Source: Sumerlaeia bacterium (lineage in GTDB: Bacteria; Sumerlaeota; Sumerlaeia; SLMS01; JAHLLQ01). Taken from it: DNA of 64,000 nucleotides. This document shows, piece by piece, positions 32,057 through 42,577 of this stretch. Positions within the stretch are counted from its first letter, which is position 1, and every line of letters begins with the position of its first letter. A program made the translations under genes and the position numbers. Under the pieces are notes generated by a model. It was not told the DNA's origin and made no database searches. It saw only the letters and a program-made list of their open reading frames with translations. The stretch spans positions 28,990 to 92,989 of the forward strand of contig JAVJSW010000027.1 of NCBI GenBank assembly GCA_040219255.1. Direction: 5' to 3'.

Positions 32057-33643
32057 TCACTCCGCGGCGCCGCTTTCGCGTTCGCCGCTCCGGCGCCAGC
32101 CCACTGTCAGGTTCGCTGTCAGGTGCCGCCACTCGGGACGAAGCAACGGCCACCAGGCAGCCGCGCAGATCAGCAGAAACACCGCCGCCGCACAAGCCAA
32201 ACAACCGGCCCACAGGACGGGCCGATCGCTTTCCAGCCAGGGAGTCAAAACCCCCCGCAATGGCCAGAACGCTCCCCCCAGAAGGGCGCCGAAGGCAAAA
32301 GTTCTCGCACCGGTGCGCAGCAAATCCCGGTCGCGCAGCAGCGCCGGCGCCACCAGCGCCGCCAGGACCAGCACCTTCACGAACGCCACCAGCGAGGTCG
32401 CCACCGCGATGCCCAGCAGGCCCGCCACTCGCACCAGCGCGGCGTCCGCCACGGCGTTCAGCACCACCAGCCCCACAATCAGCACGACGACCGCCCAGGC
32501 CTTCTTCCTGGCCAGCGCCGCGTTCACCAGCAGCGGCGCGATCGTCAGCGCCGGAATCGCCACCCCGTAGCCCCGCAGCGCCGTTGCCGAAAGCTCCACC
32601 GCCTCCACCCCGAACGCCCCTCGTGCCAGCAAGAGGCCGATGATGGGCTCGGCGAAGAACCCCAGCCCGATCGCGAGCGGCACCCCGACCAGGAGCAGGA
32701 CCCGCACGCCCAGCAGCAGTTCGCGCGCGAAGCCCGCTTCGTCGCCCGCCGCCACGGCCCGGCTCAGCCGCGTGAACAGCGGCGCCGCCAGCGCCGTCCC
32801 CACCAGCCCCACCGGCAAGTTCAACAGCTTGTCGGCATAGCTCAGCGCGGCGATGGCGCCCTCCGGCAGGCTGGAAGCGAAGGCTCGGTCGACCGCCAGG
32901 TTCGCTCCCGTGGCCACGCCAATGACCGCCGCCGGGGCGAAGACCGCTTGGACGGTGCGCCAGGAATCGGCGCCGCCCGTTCGCGAAATCGCGCCCGCGA
33001 TGGCGCGGACGAAGGGCCACTGCCAGGCCACCTGCACCCATTCCGCCAGCAGCACCGCCATCGCCAACGCCAGTGCGCCGAACCTGGGTGCGAGCAGAAG
33101 CAACCCTCCGCACACAATCAGGTTGTAGACCGCTGGATTCAGCGCCGCCGCCGCATGCCGGCCCTGCGCGTTCAGAAGCCCCACGGTGAAGCCGCCCAGT
33201 GCCCCGCCCAGGAGCGTCAGCGCCGCCATGATCGCTGACAACTCGACCAAGCGCCCCGGCAGGGGGTCGTCGCCCAGCATCAAGTACCGCACCCACATGG
33301 GCGCGCTCGCCGCCAGCAGCACCGAAGGCGCCGCCAGCCACAGCATCAGCCGCACCGTTCCGTGCCTCAGCAACCCGCCGAGCCGCTCGCCCGCGAGCGC
33401 CGAGCCCGCCGGAACGGCCGCCCTCGCCAGCCCCCCGCCGAGTCCCACCGTCAGCGCCATCGGCACCGCCAGCCCCAAATAGACCGCGTCCAGATCGGCT
33501 CCCACGCCGAATTGCTGGGCGATCAGGATTTCCCGCGCCAACCCCACCACCCGCGACAACAGCCCAGCCAGCAACACGCCGCTGGCGGCGCGGCGCAGGC
33601 TGGGCAAGGCGGGGAGCGAAGAGGAAGCGGCCATGGCCATCAC
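32057..33643 (-). CDS. murJ: MurJ/MviN family lipid II flippase
   Basis: LSRVVGLAREILIAQQFG, DRAFASSL..GAIAALSYADKLLNLP, LLARGAF; polytopic. Confidence 0.85.
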   Translation of the reverse strand: MMAMAASSSLPALPSLRRAASGVLLAGLLSRVVGLAREILIAQQFGVGADLDAVYLGLAVPMALTVGLGGGLARAAVPAGSALAGERLGGLLRHGTVRLMLWLAAPSVLLAASAPMWVRYLMLGDDPLPGRLVELSAIMAALTLLGGALGGFTVGLLNAQGRHAAAALNPAVYNLIVCGGLLLLAPRFGALALAMAVLLAEWVQVAWQWPFVRAIAGAISRTGGADSWRTVQAVFAPAAVIGVATGANLAVDRAFASSLPEGAIAALSYADKLLNLPVGLVGTALAAPLFTRLSRAVAAGDEAGFARELLLGVRVLLLVGVPLAIGLGFFAEPIIGLLLARGAFGVEAVELSATALRGYGVAIPALTIAPLLVNAALARKKAWAVVVLIVGLVVLNAVADAALVRVAGLLGIAVATSLVAFVKVLVLAALVAPALLRDRDLLRTGARTFAFGALLGGAFWPLRGVLTPWLESDRPVLWAGCLACAAAVFLLICAAAWWPLLRPEWRHLTANLTVGWRRSGERESGAAE

Positions 33644-33907
33644 CGTCTGGGGCGCCCCCTCAGGCGCAAGGCCACAGTTGCTTCCCAGTCCACTCAGAGC
33701 GGCGCCCCTTGAGGGGGCCAGAGGATGGAGTGTTCATGGAGATCGACCGCAGACTTCCCCAGCCTTCCCAAAGCAGATCGTCTCACCCCTTTCCGCGGAA
33801 CGCCTTACGCATGTTGCGGGTCGGTGCGCCGGATGGGCCCTGAAGCTTCGAACGGAAGTCCAATGATACCAAGTATCTCTGTGTCTCTTGTGGACGCTGA
33901 GGCGATT

Positions 33908-34453
33908 TCACTCCAAGAGCAGGAGGGCGAAGAGCTGCATGGGTTCGCCGGCTTCGCGGACGAGCAGTTTTTGCCAGTGCAGCATGTCGAAGGTGTCTTT
34001 GAGTTCGATGCCGAGGGATTCGAGGGTGGGCCGTGACTTACCCGGGTAGTCGCAGGGGCGCAGGGAGTCGTCGTGGTGGAGCGCCAGGCAGTTGCCGATG
34101 GCGATGGCGAAGGCGCGGCTGTAGCCGCGGGTGAGGCATTCGGCTTCCATGCCCATGATCTGCTGGTAGAATTCGCGCCAGACTTGGCCGGCGTCGCGTT
34201 CGCCAAAGGGTTCCTCGCGGCGGATCATGAGGCCGAATTTGTATTCGTCGAGGATTTCGCGGGCTTCCGGGGCGGTGGGGCAGTGGGGCGGCACGGTGTC
34301 GGACTGGCGGGTCATGGAGCAGGTGTACTGGCACCGCAGTCGGGTGGCGCGGGTGGTGAAGACCTGGGGGGTGTGGATGAATTTGATTTCGGACAGGCCG
34401 ATGGAGTCGGGTTTGTTGATGAGCCGGGCGACGTAGCGTTCGCGGACTTCCAT
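33908..34453 (-). CDS. DUF2284-like predicted metal-binding protein
   Basis: RLRCQYTC, PPHCP, GNCLAL, CDYPGKSRPTLESLGI. Confidence 0.75.
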   Translation of the reverse strand: MEVRERYVARLINKPDSIGLSEIKFIHTPQVFTTRATRLRCQYTCSMTRQSDTVPPHCPTAPEAREILDEYKFGLMIRREEPFGERDAGQVWREFYQQIMGMEAECLTRGYSRAFAIAIGNCLALHHDDSLRPCDYPGKSRPTLESLGIELKDTFDMLHWQKLLVREAGEPMQLFALLLLE

Positions 34454-34458
34454 GGGGG

Positions 34459-34920
34459 TCAACTCCGGCCCGCGGGCTTGCGGGGGGTCTTGGCGTCTTT
34501 GCGGCCGAGGTTCTGACAGACGCGATCGAGGACGCCGTTGACGAAGCGGGCGCTGTTGGTGTCGCCGAAGCGGCGGGCCAGTTCGATGTATTCGTTGATG
34601 AGGACGCGCACCGGGACGTCGGGCATGGCGAGGAGTTCGCCGACGGCGACGCGAAGGACGGCTCGGTCGGGAGCGCCGAGGCGGTCGAGGGTCCAGCCGG
34701 TGAGGGCATCGACGAGGATGTCTTCGATTTCGGATTCGCGCTCGTCCATGGCGGCGAGGATAGCGCTGGCGTAATCGTCGGCGACGCGCAGGCCTTCTTC
34801 GTCGCCGTGGGAGCCGAGTTGGCCGACGAGGGTGAGGGTTTGCGGCAGGTCCGCTTCGGTGAATTCTCTGGCGTAAGCGACTTGCAGAGCGGCTTCGCGG
34901 CTAATCCGGCGCTTGCCCAT
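34459..34920 (-). CDS. nusB: Transcription antitermination factor NusB
   Basis: RRISREAALQ, W.LDRL..PDRAVLR, VLINEYIELARRFG, FVNGVLD. Confidence 0.95.
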   Translation of the reverse strand: MGKRRISREAALQVAYAREFTEADLPQTLTLVGQLGSHGDEEGLRVADDYASAILAAMDERESEIEDILVDALTGWTLDRLGAPDRAVLRVAVGELLAMPDVPVRVLINEYIELARRFGDTNSARFVNGVLDRVCQNLGRKDAKTPRKPAGRS

Positions 34921-35043
34921 GGGTGGTTGGCTCGTTGGTGAGTTGGCGGCGTGGGGAAAAGAGAAACCTCCCGCACCCGCGGATAAAGACCTTGGGGCGG
35001 GAGGCTGGGCTTTGCAACGGAAAGTCCGGGTGCGGGCGGGAAG

Positions 35044-35067
35044 CACAGACTGGAGAGTCTGTGCTAC
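35044..35067. repeat. GTAG REP palindrome
   Basis: CACAGACT-ggag-AGTCTGTG-CTAC, exact reverse complement of 8357-8380. Confidence 0.8.
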
Positions 35068-35078
35068 ACTTGGGGTAC

Positions 35079-38000
35079 TCAGTCCTCGAACGTCATCCAG
35101 TCGTGCTCGCTGGCGGTTTCGATGCCGATGTACCAGTCGGAGAAGGCGGTGATGCCGGTGACGGTGACGTCCTGGGCCCCGAAGGTGACGCCGATGGGGC
35201 CAGAGGGCAGTTCGGTGACGGAGCCGCCGTTGTCGCGGAAGACGCGGGTGGGGCTGAGGCCGTCGAGGCTGGAGGTTTCGTAGGTCCAGTTCAGATCGGC
35301 CGTGCCGGCCGTCAGCACCCCGGTGATGGTGAGGTACTCGTCGATGATGTCGTCCGCGTCGTAACCGCCGGGGGCGGCGTCGGCGAAGATGCGCTGGATG
35401 CGGATGGGGCCACCGCTGGCGCCGGCGGAATAGGTCAGGGTCAGGACGCGGCTGTCGGTCATGGGGTAGGAGACGGTGGAACTGGGAACGACGGCTGCGG
35501 TGAAGTCGTTGGCGGTGTCGCTGTAGAGGACGGAGTCGTCGCCTGAGGTTCCGGAGGTGGGGGCGGCTTGCGCGTTGCCGACGGTGTCTTGGGCAGTCAC
35601 GAGGAATTCATAAGTGCCGGTGGCCGGGGGCGTGTAGTTGAAGGTTCCGGAGAGGATGCTGCCGGCGGGCAGCCAACTGCCGATGCCTTCTTCGCGGGCG
35701 TAAAGCGTTGCGGAGGTGATGGCCGAGCCGGAGTCGCTGAGGCCTGTCGCGGTAACGGCGACATCGCCGGTGACCTTGTAGGTGGCGGCGACGGCGGCGA
35801 CGGCGATGGGGGCGTCAAAGTCCACCAGCACGGAGTCGTCGGCGCTGCTGGCGAGGGCGTTTCCCGCCAGGTCCTGTACGTCGGACGAGGTGGAGACCGC
35901 GAGCTGAACCGTGCCAGTGCCGCCGAGGCCGTTGAGGGTCACGGTGTACTGGCTTGGTGTGGTTTGACTGATGGAGACGAAGGACGCCGTGGCGGTGCCG
36001 CCGGTGGTGATGACCACATCGCTGGCGTTGTTGAAGTTCTGCACGTCTTCGTCGAAGGTGACGGCGAACTGGACGGTGCTGGCATTGGTGGGCGAGGAAC
36101 CGCTAAGCATGATGCCGGTGGCATTGGGGGCGGTGACGTCGGCCACGCCGGCGAAGAGGTAACGCACGGCATCCATGTTGAAGCGGTTGCCAGGAGCGGC
36201 ACTGGCGCCGTCGCCGTCGAGGTTTTCGAAGGTGATGGTGGAGGCCGAACCGGCCGCGCCCGCCGCGATGGCGATGGGGGTGGCGGTCAGTTGGAGCCAG
36301 GAGTCGTCGAGGGCGGCGACGCCCTGCTCGATATCAACGTTGCCGGTCTGGGTGCTGTCGGCGTTCGAGGTCAGGGTCCAGTCCGAATTGGCGATGGCGC
36401 TCGGATTCGTTCCGAGGTCGCCGTCGATGGTCAGATAGACGTGATAGAGGCCGCCTTCGGCGATGGCGGGTGAGAAGCTGGCCGTGTTGCCGATGGTGGT
36501 GCTGAAGCGCGAGCCGCTGCCGGTGAGGCCGGGAGCGGCGCTCTTGGCCGTGGTGTTGGAGAAAGAGCCGGTCTCGGCATAGGCCGGCGCGGCCGTCGTG
36601 GCGGCACCGGAGGTGCGGGACTCGACGATCAGTTCGGGGATGTTGGGCGTCACGGGTCCGGCGGTGTTCGAGGTGCCCTTGTTGTTGTAATCGTCCACGG
36701 GCACAACGAGGTAGTACTTGTCGCCGGGGGTGAGGCCTTCGTCGAGGTCGTCAACGAAGCTGGTGCCGGTGATGTCGAAGTCCTTGTTCACCAGGTTCTC
36801 GTAATACGGGTTCACGGTGGGCGATTCGGAGCGGTAAACCAGGTAGCGCACGGCGTCGGTGGCGGCGGACCAGGTCAGGGTGTTCTCGCCGAGGCCGGTG
36901 CTGCTGGCCATCAGGTCGGAGATGTTACCCGGATCGGCGCTGTCCCAGCCTGTCTTGAGGGTGTAGTCGAAGGGCGCGACGGAGGCGGAGAGGACATCGG
37001 TGCCGCAGGGGGTGGTGTTGAAGGCGCGCAGATCGGTGAGGAACTGGCCGCTGCTGGCCTGCATGCTGGAGGAGGAGAAAATGCCGAAGCCATCCATGCC
37101 GTACTGGCGCATGTCGCAGATGTTCTGGGCGACTTCGTCGCCGGTGGTGCCGGCCAGGAAGGAACCGAACGTCGCCACGTGGCCGACGTTGCTGGTGTCG
37201 GGAACGATGAGACCCATCAGCGTGTCGTTGTCGGCGGGATCGATGCGGTAGTACTGGGGCATGACGACGTCCACGACGCCGAGGCCACTGCTGTGGATGG
37301 CGGTCGATGTGGCGCGGGAATTCCACTCGGGGATGTCTTGATAGACGAAATTGTAGGTGTCGCCGGTGGAGGTGCCAAAGACAACGGGCGTGGTGCCGAC
37401 GATGACCCAGGGCTTGAGGGCGTGGATGGCGGCCTGGGCTTCTTCGAGGAAATCGGTGACGGCGTCGCGGCGGGCTTCCAGGAAGGTGGAGTCGTTGGGG
37501 ACGGGATCGGTCAGGCCATAGGCGGCGAGGGCCGTGGGGTTGTAACCGAAGGTGCCGCTGCGGCGGGGGAAGCTGTCGCCGGGATAGCGGACGCGGTCGA
37601 AGATGATGCCGTCGACATCGTAGTTTTCGAGGAAGTCGAGAGTGACATCGAGGGTGTAGTCGCGAACGGCGCTGACGCCCGGATCGATCCAGAGGCCATC
37701 GCCGCCGGCGTCGGCGGCGATCATCTGGCGGGGAAAGCCCGGGTCCGGATCGTAGGTCGAGTCGTCGGTGCCGCCCTGGTAGTAGTGCTGGAGCCAGGCG
37801 CTGTCGATTACGGAGGGGATGGTATCGGAGCCGTCGGTGACGATGAAGCAGGACCAGGCGGCGTAAACGCGCATGTCCTTTTCGTGGGCTTTGTCGATGA
37901 CGTACTGAACGGCGTCGGTGTTGGTGAAGCGGCGCGGTTCGGCGTTGGGGTATGTGGTGAAGTCGCGGTTGGGGATGTAGAGGGCATCGGCGCGATAGCG

Positions 38001-38192
38001 GGCCAGGATGCTGATAGCGTTGAAGTTATTCGCTTCCGCGAAATTGATCGCGGTATCGAGGGCGGCCTCGCTGGAGGGGCTGTCGCCGATGGAAATCCAG
38101 AAGACGCGGTCTTCGGCGTGGGCGCTGGCGCCCAGGGCGGTTGCGGCCGCGATGGCAAGGGGATAGGCCAAATTCTTGAGAATTTTAGACAC
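35079..38192 (-). CDS. Secreted GHL10 (DUF187) glycoside-hydrolase-like protein with FN3, golvesin-like and Ig-like domains
   Basis: GTG start with GAGG RBS, signal peptide ending ASAHA; RYRADALY, YDVDGIIFDRVRYP, VVMPQYY; YLVYRS FN3; MDAVRY; FAVTFDEDV..VQDLAGN Ig-like. Confidence 0.85.
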   Translation of the reverse strand: MSKILKNLAYPLAIAAATALGASAHAEDRVFWISIGDSPSSEAALDTAINFAEANNFNAISILARYRADALYIPNRDFTTYPNAEPRRFTNTDAVQYVIDKAHEKDMRVYAAWSCFIVTDGSDTIPSVIDSAWLQHYYQGGTDDSTYDPDPGFPRQMIAADAGGDGLWIDPGVSAVRDYTLDVTLDFLENYDVDGIIFDRVRYPGDSFPRRSGTFGYNPTALAAYGLTDPVPNDSTFLEARRDAVTDFLEEAQAAIHALKPWVIVGTTPVVFGTSTGDTYNFVYQDIPEWNSRATSTAIHSSGLGVVDVVMPQYYRIDPADNDTLMGLIVPDTSNVGHVATFGSFLAGTTGDEVAQNICDMRQYGMDGFGIFSSSSMQASSGQFLTDLRAFNTTPCGTDVLSASVAPFDYTLKTGWDSADPGNISDLMASSTGLGENTLTWSAATDAVRYLVYRSESPTVNPYYENLVNKDFDITGTSFVDDLDEGLTPGDKYYLVVPVDDYNNKGTSNTAGPVTPNIPELIVESRTSGAATTAAPAYAETGSFSNTTAKSAAPGLTGSGSRFSTTIGNTASFSPAIAEGGLYHVYLTIDGDLGTNPSAIANSDWTLTSNADSTQTGNVDIEQGVAALDDSWLQLTATPIAIAAGAAGSASTITFENLDGDGASAAPGNRFNMDAVRYLFAGVADVTAPNATGIMLSGSSPTNASTVQFAVTFDEDVQNFNNASDVVITTGGTATASFVSISQTTPSQYTVTLNGLGGTGTVQLAVSTSSDVQDLAGNALASSADDSVLVDFDAPIAVAAVAATYKVTGDVAVTATGLSDSGSAITSATLYAREEGIGSWLPAGSILSGTFNYTPPATGTYEFLVTAQDTVGNAQAAPTSGTSGDDSVLYSDTANDFTAAVVPSSTVSYPMTDSRVLTLTYSAGASGGPIRIQRIFADAAPGGYDADDIIDEYLTITGVLTAGTADLNWTYETSSLDGLSPTRVFRDNGGSVTELPSGPIGVTFGAQDVTVTGITAFSDWYIGIETASEHDWMTFED

Positions 38193-38315
38193 GGGTGGAC
38201 CTCGTGAAGATGAGTCTGACTCATCAGTCTTCGCCCGTGTCATAGAGTCTGCGCAAGCGGGTTCTTGCAACAATTTGCAAAAAACTTCAGAGCACTACAA
38301 AAGCAGTCGCCCGGC

Positions 38316-38975
38316 TTAGCGGGTAAACTTCTGGCCGAGCGTGTCGACCTGGGTCCGCAGGATCATGCCGGAGGAGACGGTGCCGTTGGTGGCGTCGTAG
38401 ATCCAGCCAAGGGTGGGGTCGGCGGTGCCGATGGAATTGAAGAGGCCGTCGGGTCCGAGGCTGAACATGCGCCACTCGCCATAGTCGCGCAGATCGCCAT
38501 CGCCCCAGGACGGCGGGCCGATTTCGTCGACGTACTGACGGATGTTATGGTAAACGAAACCGAGGTCGAGATCGTTGCCGGATTCGAAGGAGCGGCCCGC
38601 GTCGGGGTTGAAATTGTTGGGTTTGCCGATTTTGAACACGTCGGAGACGGAGCTGGTGATGTAGGCGATGGGGGTGGTGACGTTGTGGGGCACGGTGCGC
38701 CAGGCGAAGGCGCGGATGGAGCCGTAGCCGTTCTGGCGATTGAGCGGCTGTCCGGGGTTCTGGCCGAGCATGGGGGGGTACTTGTTCGTGTCCACCCGGT
38801 AGGATTCGAGGGCGGTGGTGATGGTGCGCATGTCAGCGCGGGCTCGGGAGACTTTGGAGCGGACTTGAGCTTCGAGGAAATTGGGGACGGCGATGGCGGC
38901 CAGGATGGCGATGATGGCGACGACGATCAGCAGTTCGATGAGAGTGAAGCCGCGGGAGCGTGCGTGGATTTTCAT
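38316..38975 (-). CDS. Type IV/T2SS prepilin-like protein (GspG-like)
   Basis: G|FTLIELLIVVAIIAILAAIAVPNF cleavage/methylation motif; SLGPDG and YDATNGTVSSG C-terminal motifs. Confidence 0.92.
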   Translation of the reverse strand: MKIHARSRGFTLIELLIVVAIIAILAAIAVPNFLEAQVRSKVSRARADMRTITTALESYRVDTNKYPPMLGQNPGQPLNRQNGYGSIRAFAWRTVPHNVTTPIAYITSSVSDVFKIGKPNNFNPDAGRSFESGNDLDLGFVYHNIRQYVDEIGPPSWGDGDLRDYGEWRMFSLGPDGLFNSIGTADPTLGWIYDATNGTVSSGMILRTQVDTLGQKFTR

Positions 38976-39087
38976 AGGCGGGCAGTTATGCTTTCGGCGA
39001 ATTGACTCGCTTGCGTGATGCTCCAAGCCTTTTCGTGCAACCAAAAAGTTTTTTCGAACCGGGAACCGAGTTTCGGTTCCTTCGGGG

Positions 39088-39837
39088 TTATTGGCCGATC
39101 AGGGTCTGGAACGCGGCCATCAGCAGGACGGAGACGGTGGCGGCCACGGCGGCTTTGCGGGGCGTGGTTTCCTGAAGGGACTCGGGCACCAGTTCGGAAA
39201 ACACCACCCACACCATGGCCCCCGCGGCAAAGCCCAGGCCGATCGGCAGGATCGGCCGGAAGGTCTCGACGAACCAGAACGCCGGGACGGCCATCAGCGG
39301 TTGCGGCAGGCTGGTGACGATGGCGAGCAGGATCACCTTCCAGACCTTCATGCCTTTGGGAATGAGCACGAGGCCGACGGCGAGGCCCTCGGGGATGTTG
39401 TGGACGGCGATGGCGAGGGAAATGACCAGGCCGAACTGTTCGCCTTCGCCAAAGGCGACGCCGACGCCGATGCCTTCGGCAAAGGAATGGACGGTCATGA
39501 TCGCGACGAAGAGGAGCGCCTTGAGGGCGCTGGCGCCTTCCAAGTCGCCGATTTCCAGATGATTGCGGTTCTCGAGGAACTTGCGGCTGAGGAAAATGAA
39601 GACAACCCCGAGGGCGCCGCCGATCAAGGTGCGGGCCTCCGAGTAGGCGTTGCCTTCGAAAATGAGGCCGAAGCTGGCCGTCAGCATCAACCCCGCGGCG
39701 ATGGCGTTGCCGATGCCGAGCCACTCCTTCGTCACGTTACGGAAAAAGAGGAACGGGATGGCGCCGAGGCCGGTTGCCACGGCGGTGAAGAGAGCGAAGA
39801 CGAAGACGTCGAAGGTGGGGGATTCGATTCCAAACAC
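39088..39837 (-). CDS. ZIP family metal transporter
   Basis: HSFAEGIGVG, AIAVHNIPEGLAV, GFAAGAMVWVVFSELVPE. Confidence 0.92.
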   Translation of the reverse strand: MFGIESPTFDVFVFALFTAVATGLGAIPFLFFRNVTKEWLGIGNAIAAGLMLTASFGLIFEGNAYSEARTLIGGALGVVFIFLSRKFLENRNHLEIGDLEGASALKALLFVAIMTVHSFAEGIGVGVAFGEGEQFGLVISLAIAVHNIPEGLAVGLVLIPKGMKVWKVILLAIVTSLPQPLMAVPAFWFVETFRPILPIGLGFAAGAMVWVVFSELVPESLQETTPRKAAVAATVSVLLMAAFQTLIGQ

Positions 39838-40168
39838 GGGGGCAATCCATCGCGAAGCGTTGGAAGAGACTGCCTCGGAGGAGGCTCTCTTGTGAAGGGG
39901 AAAGTTGCTGGAAGTCGTGGAAAATCAAATGTCTATGTGTGTATGCCAAACGTTTGTTGGCGAGTCCAACGGGCTTTTCGGGTCGGCTTTCTTCAGGCGT
40001 GAATGTAAGTGGGACGCCCCAAGGAGCAAGGCCGAGGAGGCGGCGTCGGCAGGAGGTCGGAGGGAACGGTCAGATTCTTCTTTCCTTTGTTCGCGGCGGG
40101 ATGGTGGGAAGGGTGCGACTTATGGATTGGGGAGGATCGGCATGACGCGGCCCTGGAAATGGAAGACG

Positions 40169-40738
40169 ATGCGGCGGAGCCTTCAGGCGTTGATTTTGTT
40201 GGCGTTGGTTTGGGCGGGAGGCGGGTGCGCGTCGATGACGACGACCCGGAATTACGGCATTCCGCGCACGATGGACGCGACGAAGAAGTCCACCTGGGTG
40301 CTCTATCCCATGAACCGGGTGATGGACCTGGGCGATACGGTGAAGGGCGGGATCATGTTCGGGCCGGGTCTGAACGCCCGGGTGCGGGCGACGAAGTACC
40401 TGGACATCACGGAACCCTACGACAGCTATGGGCTGGAGCTGGGCTGGAACATCCACTGGTACGATCCGATTCCGCAGAGCACGCCGGGATACCTGTTCCG
40501 GCGCTATTCGCCATGGAAGTTCGGGGCGCACGGCGGGCCGAACGTGAACACGTCGCAGAACATCGCCGACAGTGGCGAAATCTGGAACAGCCCGGACACG
40601 TTCCTGATCGGCGGGCACCTGGGGATCGTCGGAGGAGAAATCGGCGTCCGGCCCATCGAGTTCATCGATTTCCTGACGGGGTTCGTGCTGCTCGATTGGC
40701 ACCAGGACGACGTGGTGTGGATTCCGGTGCAGCGCTAG
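40169..40738 (+). CDS. Putative lipoprotein
   Basis: MRRSLQALILLALVWAGGGC lipobox-like signal; C-terminal RPIEFIDFLTGF. Confidence 0.65.
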   Translation: MRRSLQALILLALVWAGGGCASMTTTRNYGIPRTMDATKKSTWVLYPMNRVMDLGDTVKGGIMFGPGLNARVRATKYLDITEPYDSYGLELGWNIHWYDPIPQSTPGYLFRRYSPWKFGAHGGPNVNTSQNIADSGEIWNSPDTFLIGGHLGIVGGEIGVRPIEFIDFLTGFVLLDWHQDDVVWIPVQR

Positions 40739-41886
40739 ACGGCCAGGCCCGATTCCAGGTTGGCCAGGACCGTTTCCGCCGCCTTGACTTTGGCGGCGAG
40801 TTCTTCGCGCGTCGGAGCCAGCAGAGTCACGTGGCCGCGTTTGCGGCCGGGGCGGGGGGACTTGCCGTAGTGGTGGGCGTGGGCGTCGCCGATGGGGGCG
40901 AAGGCCTGGGCGCTGGGGATGTGGCCGGTGGCGGGGGCGCCGATCAGGTTGACCATGGCGCTGAACTGGCGCGGGGCGGTGTTGCCGAGGGGCCAGCCCA
41001 TAACGGCACGCAGGTGGTTTTCGAACTGGCCGCAGACGGTGCCTTCGATGGTGCCGTGGCCGGAGTTGTGGACGCGGGGAGCCATTTCGTTGACGAGGAG
41101 GCGGCCGTCCTGCTCGAAGAATTCGATGGCGAGGACGCCGACGTAATCGAGCGCCGCGAGGGCTTCGCGGGCGATGTCTTCGGCCTGGGCCTGGAGCGCC
41201 TGGCCGGAGGGCGAATCATGGCCCGGCGCGGGCATCAGGGAGAGGCGCAGGATGCCATCCGAGTGGTGGTTTTCGGCGAGGGGATAGAAGGCGGTGCGGC
41301 CCTGGCGGTTGCGCACGGCGAGGAGCGAGACCTCGCGTGAGAACGGCACGAAACCTTCCAGAATCAGAGGATATCCACCTAGGTCCTTCCAGGCGTCGCG
41401 AGCGTCGGCTTCGTTGCGCAGAACGCGCTGGCCCTTGCCGTCGTAGCCGAAGCGGCGGGTTTTCAACACGCAGGGATAGCCGAGCTGGGCCGTGGCGCGG
41501 TCGAGGTCCCCGGAGGATTCGACACATTCGAAGGGCGGCACGGGAGCGCCGACGCGGTCGCGGAAGAAGGTTTTTTCCAGGAGGCGGTCCTGCGCCGTTT
41601 CCAGCGCGGGGGCGCCGGGGTGAACGGCCAGGCGCTCGGCGAGCCAGCGGACGCTGGAGACCGGGACGTTCTCGAATTCGTAGGTGGCGACGTCGATGCC
41701 CTTGGCGAATTGGGCGAGGGCGGGAATGTCCTCAAAGGGATCGCAAAGGCGCTCGGCCAGGGGGTCGGTGCTGGCGCTGGGGGCGGGATCGAGAAAGCGG
41801 AAGCGCAGCCCGAGCGGATAGCCCGCGAGGGCGAGCATGCGGCCAAGCTGGCCGGCGCCGAGGATTCCGATGGCGGGGCTGCTCAT
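40735..41886 (-). CDS. purK: N5-CAIR synthetase
   Basis: [59 protein letters not shown]. Confidence 0.96.
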   Translation of the reverse strand: MSSPAIGILGAGQLGRMLALAGYPLGLRFRFLDPAPSASTDPLAERLCDPFEDIPALAQFAKGIDVATYEFENVPVSSVRWLAERLAVHPGAPALETAQDRLLEKTFFRDRVGAPVPPFECVESSGDLDRATAQLGYPCVLKTRRFGYDGKGQRVLRNEADARDAWKDLGGYPLILEGFVPFSREVSLLAVRNRQGRTAFYPLAENHHSDGILRLSLMPAPGHDSPSGQALQAQAEDIAREALAALDYVGVLAIEFFEQDGRLLVNEMAPRVHNSGHGTIEGTVCGQFENHLRAVMGWPLGNTAPRQFSAMVNLIGAPATGHIPSAQAFAPIGDAHAHHYGKSPRPGRKRGHVTLLAPTREELAAKVKAAETVLANLESGLAV

Positions 41887-42398
41887 GCCGGCGGGTCCTG
41901 GCTGGGGTCAGGGTCGGCGAGCACGGTGGCGGTTTGCTTCTCGCGATAGGCGGCCAGGGCGTCGCGGACGGCGGGGTACTTGCGCCCCAGAATCGCCGCG
42001 GCCAGTAGCGCCGCGTTGATGGCTCCGGAGGTCCCGATGGCCAGCGTGCCGACGGGGATGCCCTTGGGCATTTGGACGATGGATAGGAGGCTGTCCATGC
42101 CCTTGAGCGCACGCGATTCCACGGGCACGCCGAGGACGGGGAGAACGGTCTTTGCGGCGGCCATGCCGGGCAGGTGGGCGGCGCCTCCGGCCCCCGCGAT
42201 GAGCACGTCGAGACCGCGCGATTCGGCTTCGGCGGCGTAGCTCATCAGCAGATCGGGGGTGCGATGGGCGCTGACGACTCGGGTTTCATGGGGAACACCG
42301 AGGGCGGCCAGGGTCTCGGCGGCGTTCTTCATCGTGTCCCAGTCGGACCGGGACCCCATGATGATGCCGACCACGGGCGTTTGCGGGAGGTCTGTCAC
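41883..42398 (-). CDS. purE: N5-CAIR mutase
   Basis: [39 protein letters not shown]; start position approximate. Confidence 0.96.
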   Translation of the reverse strand: MTDLPQTPVVGIIMGSRSDWDTMKNAAETLAALGVPHETRVVSAHRTPDLLMSYAAEAESRGLDVLIAGAGGAAHLPGMAAAKTVLPVLGVPVESRALKGMDSLLSIVQMPKGIPVGTLAIGTSGAINAALLAAAILGRKYPAVRDALAAYREKQTATVLADPDPSQDPPA

Positions 42399-42577
42399 GG
42401 CGGCGGGGCGTCCTCTCTCGGCGGGTGTAGGCTCAGGAGGAAGCCCGGGGCGGGGGCCGGGTGCAAGGCGAAGGTGGGGGCGCGCCGACACAAGGTGCGA
42501 CGTCCAAAGTTCAAGGTATGGGGAGAGGACTCTTGAAGCCGAACTGAGAAGCGCTTTGGATGGCCCAAAGACGACTG

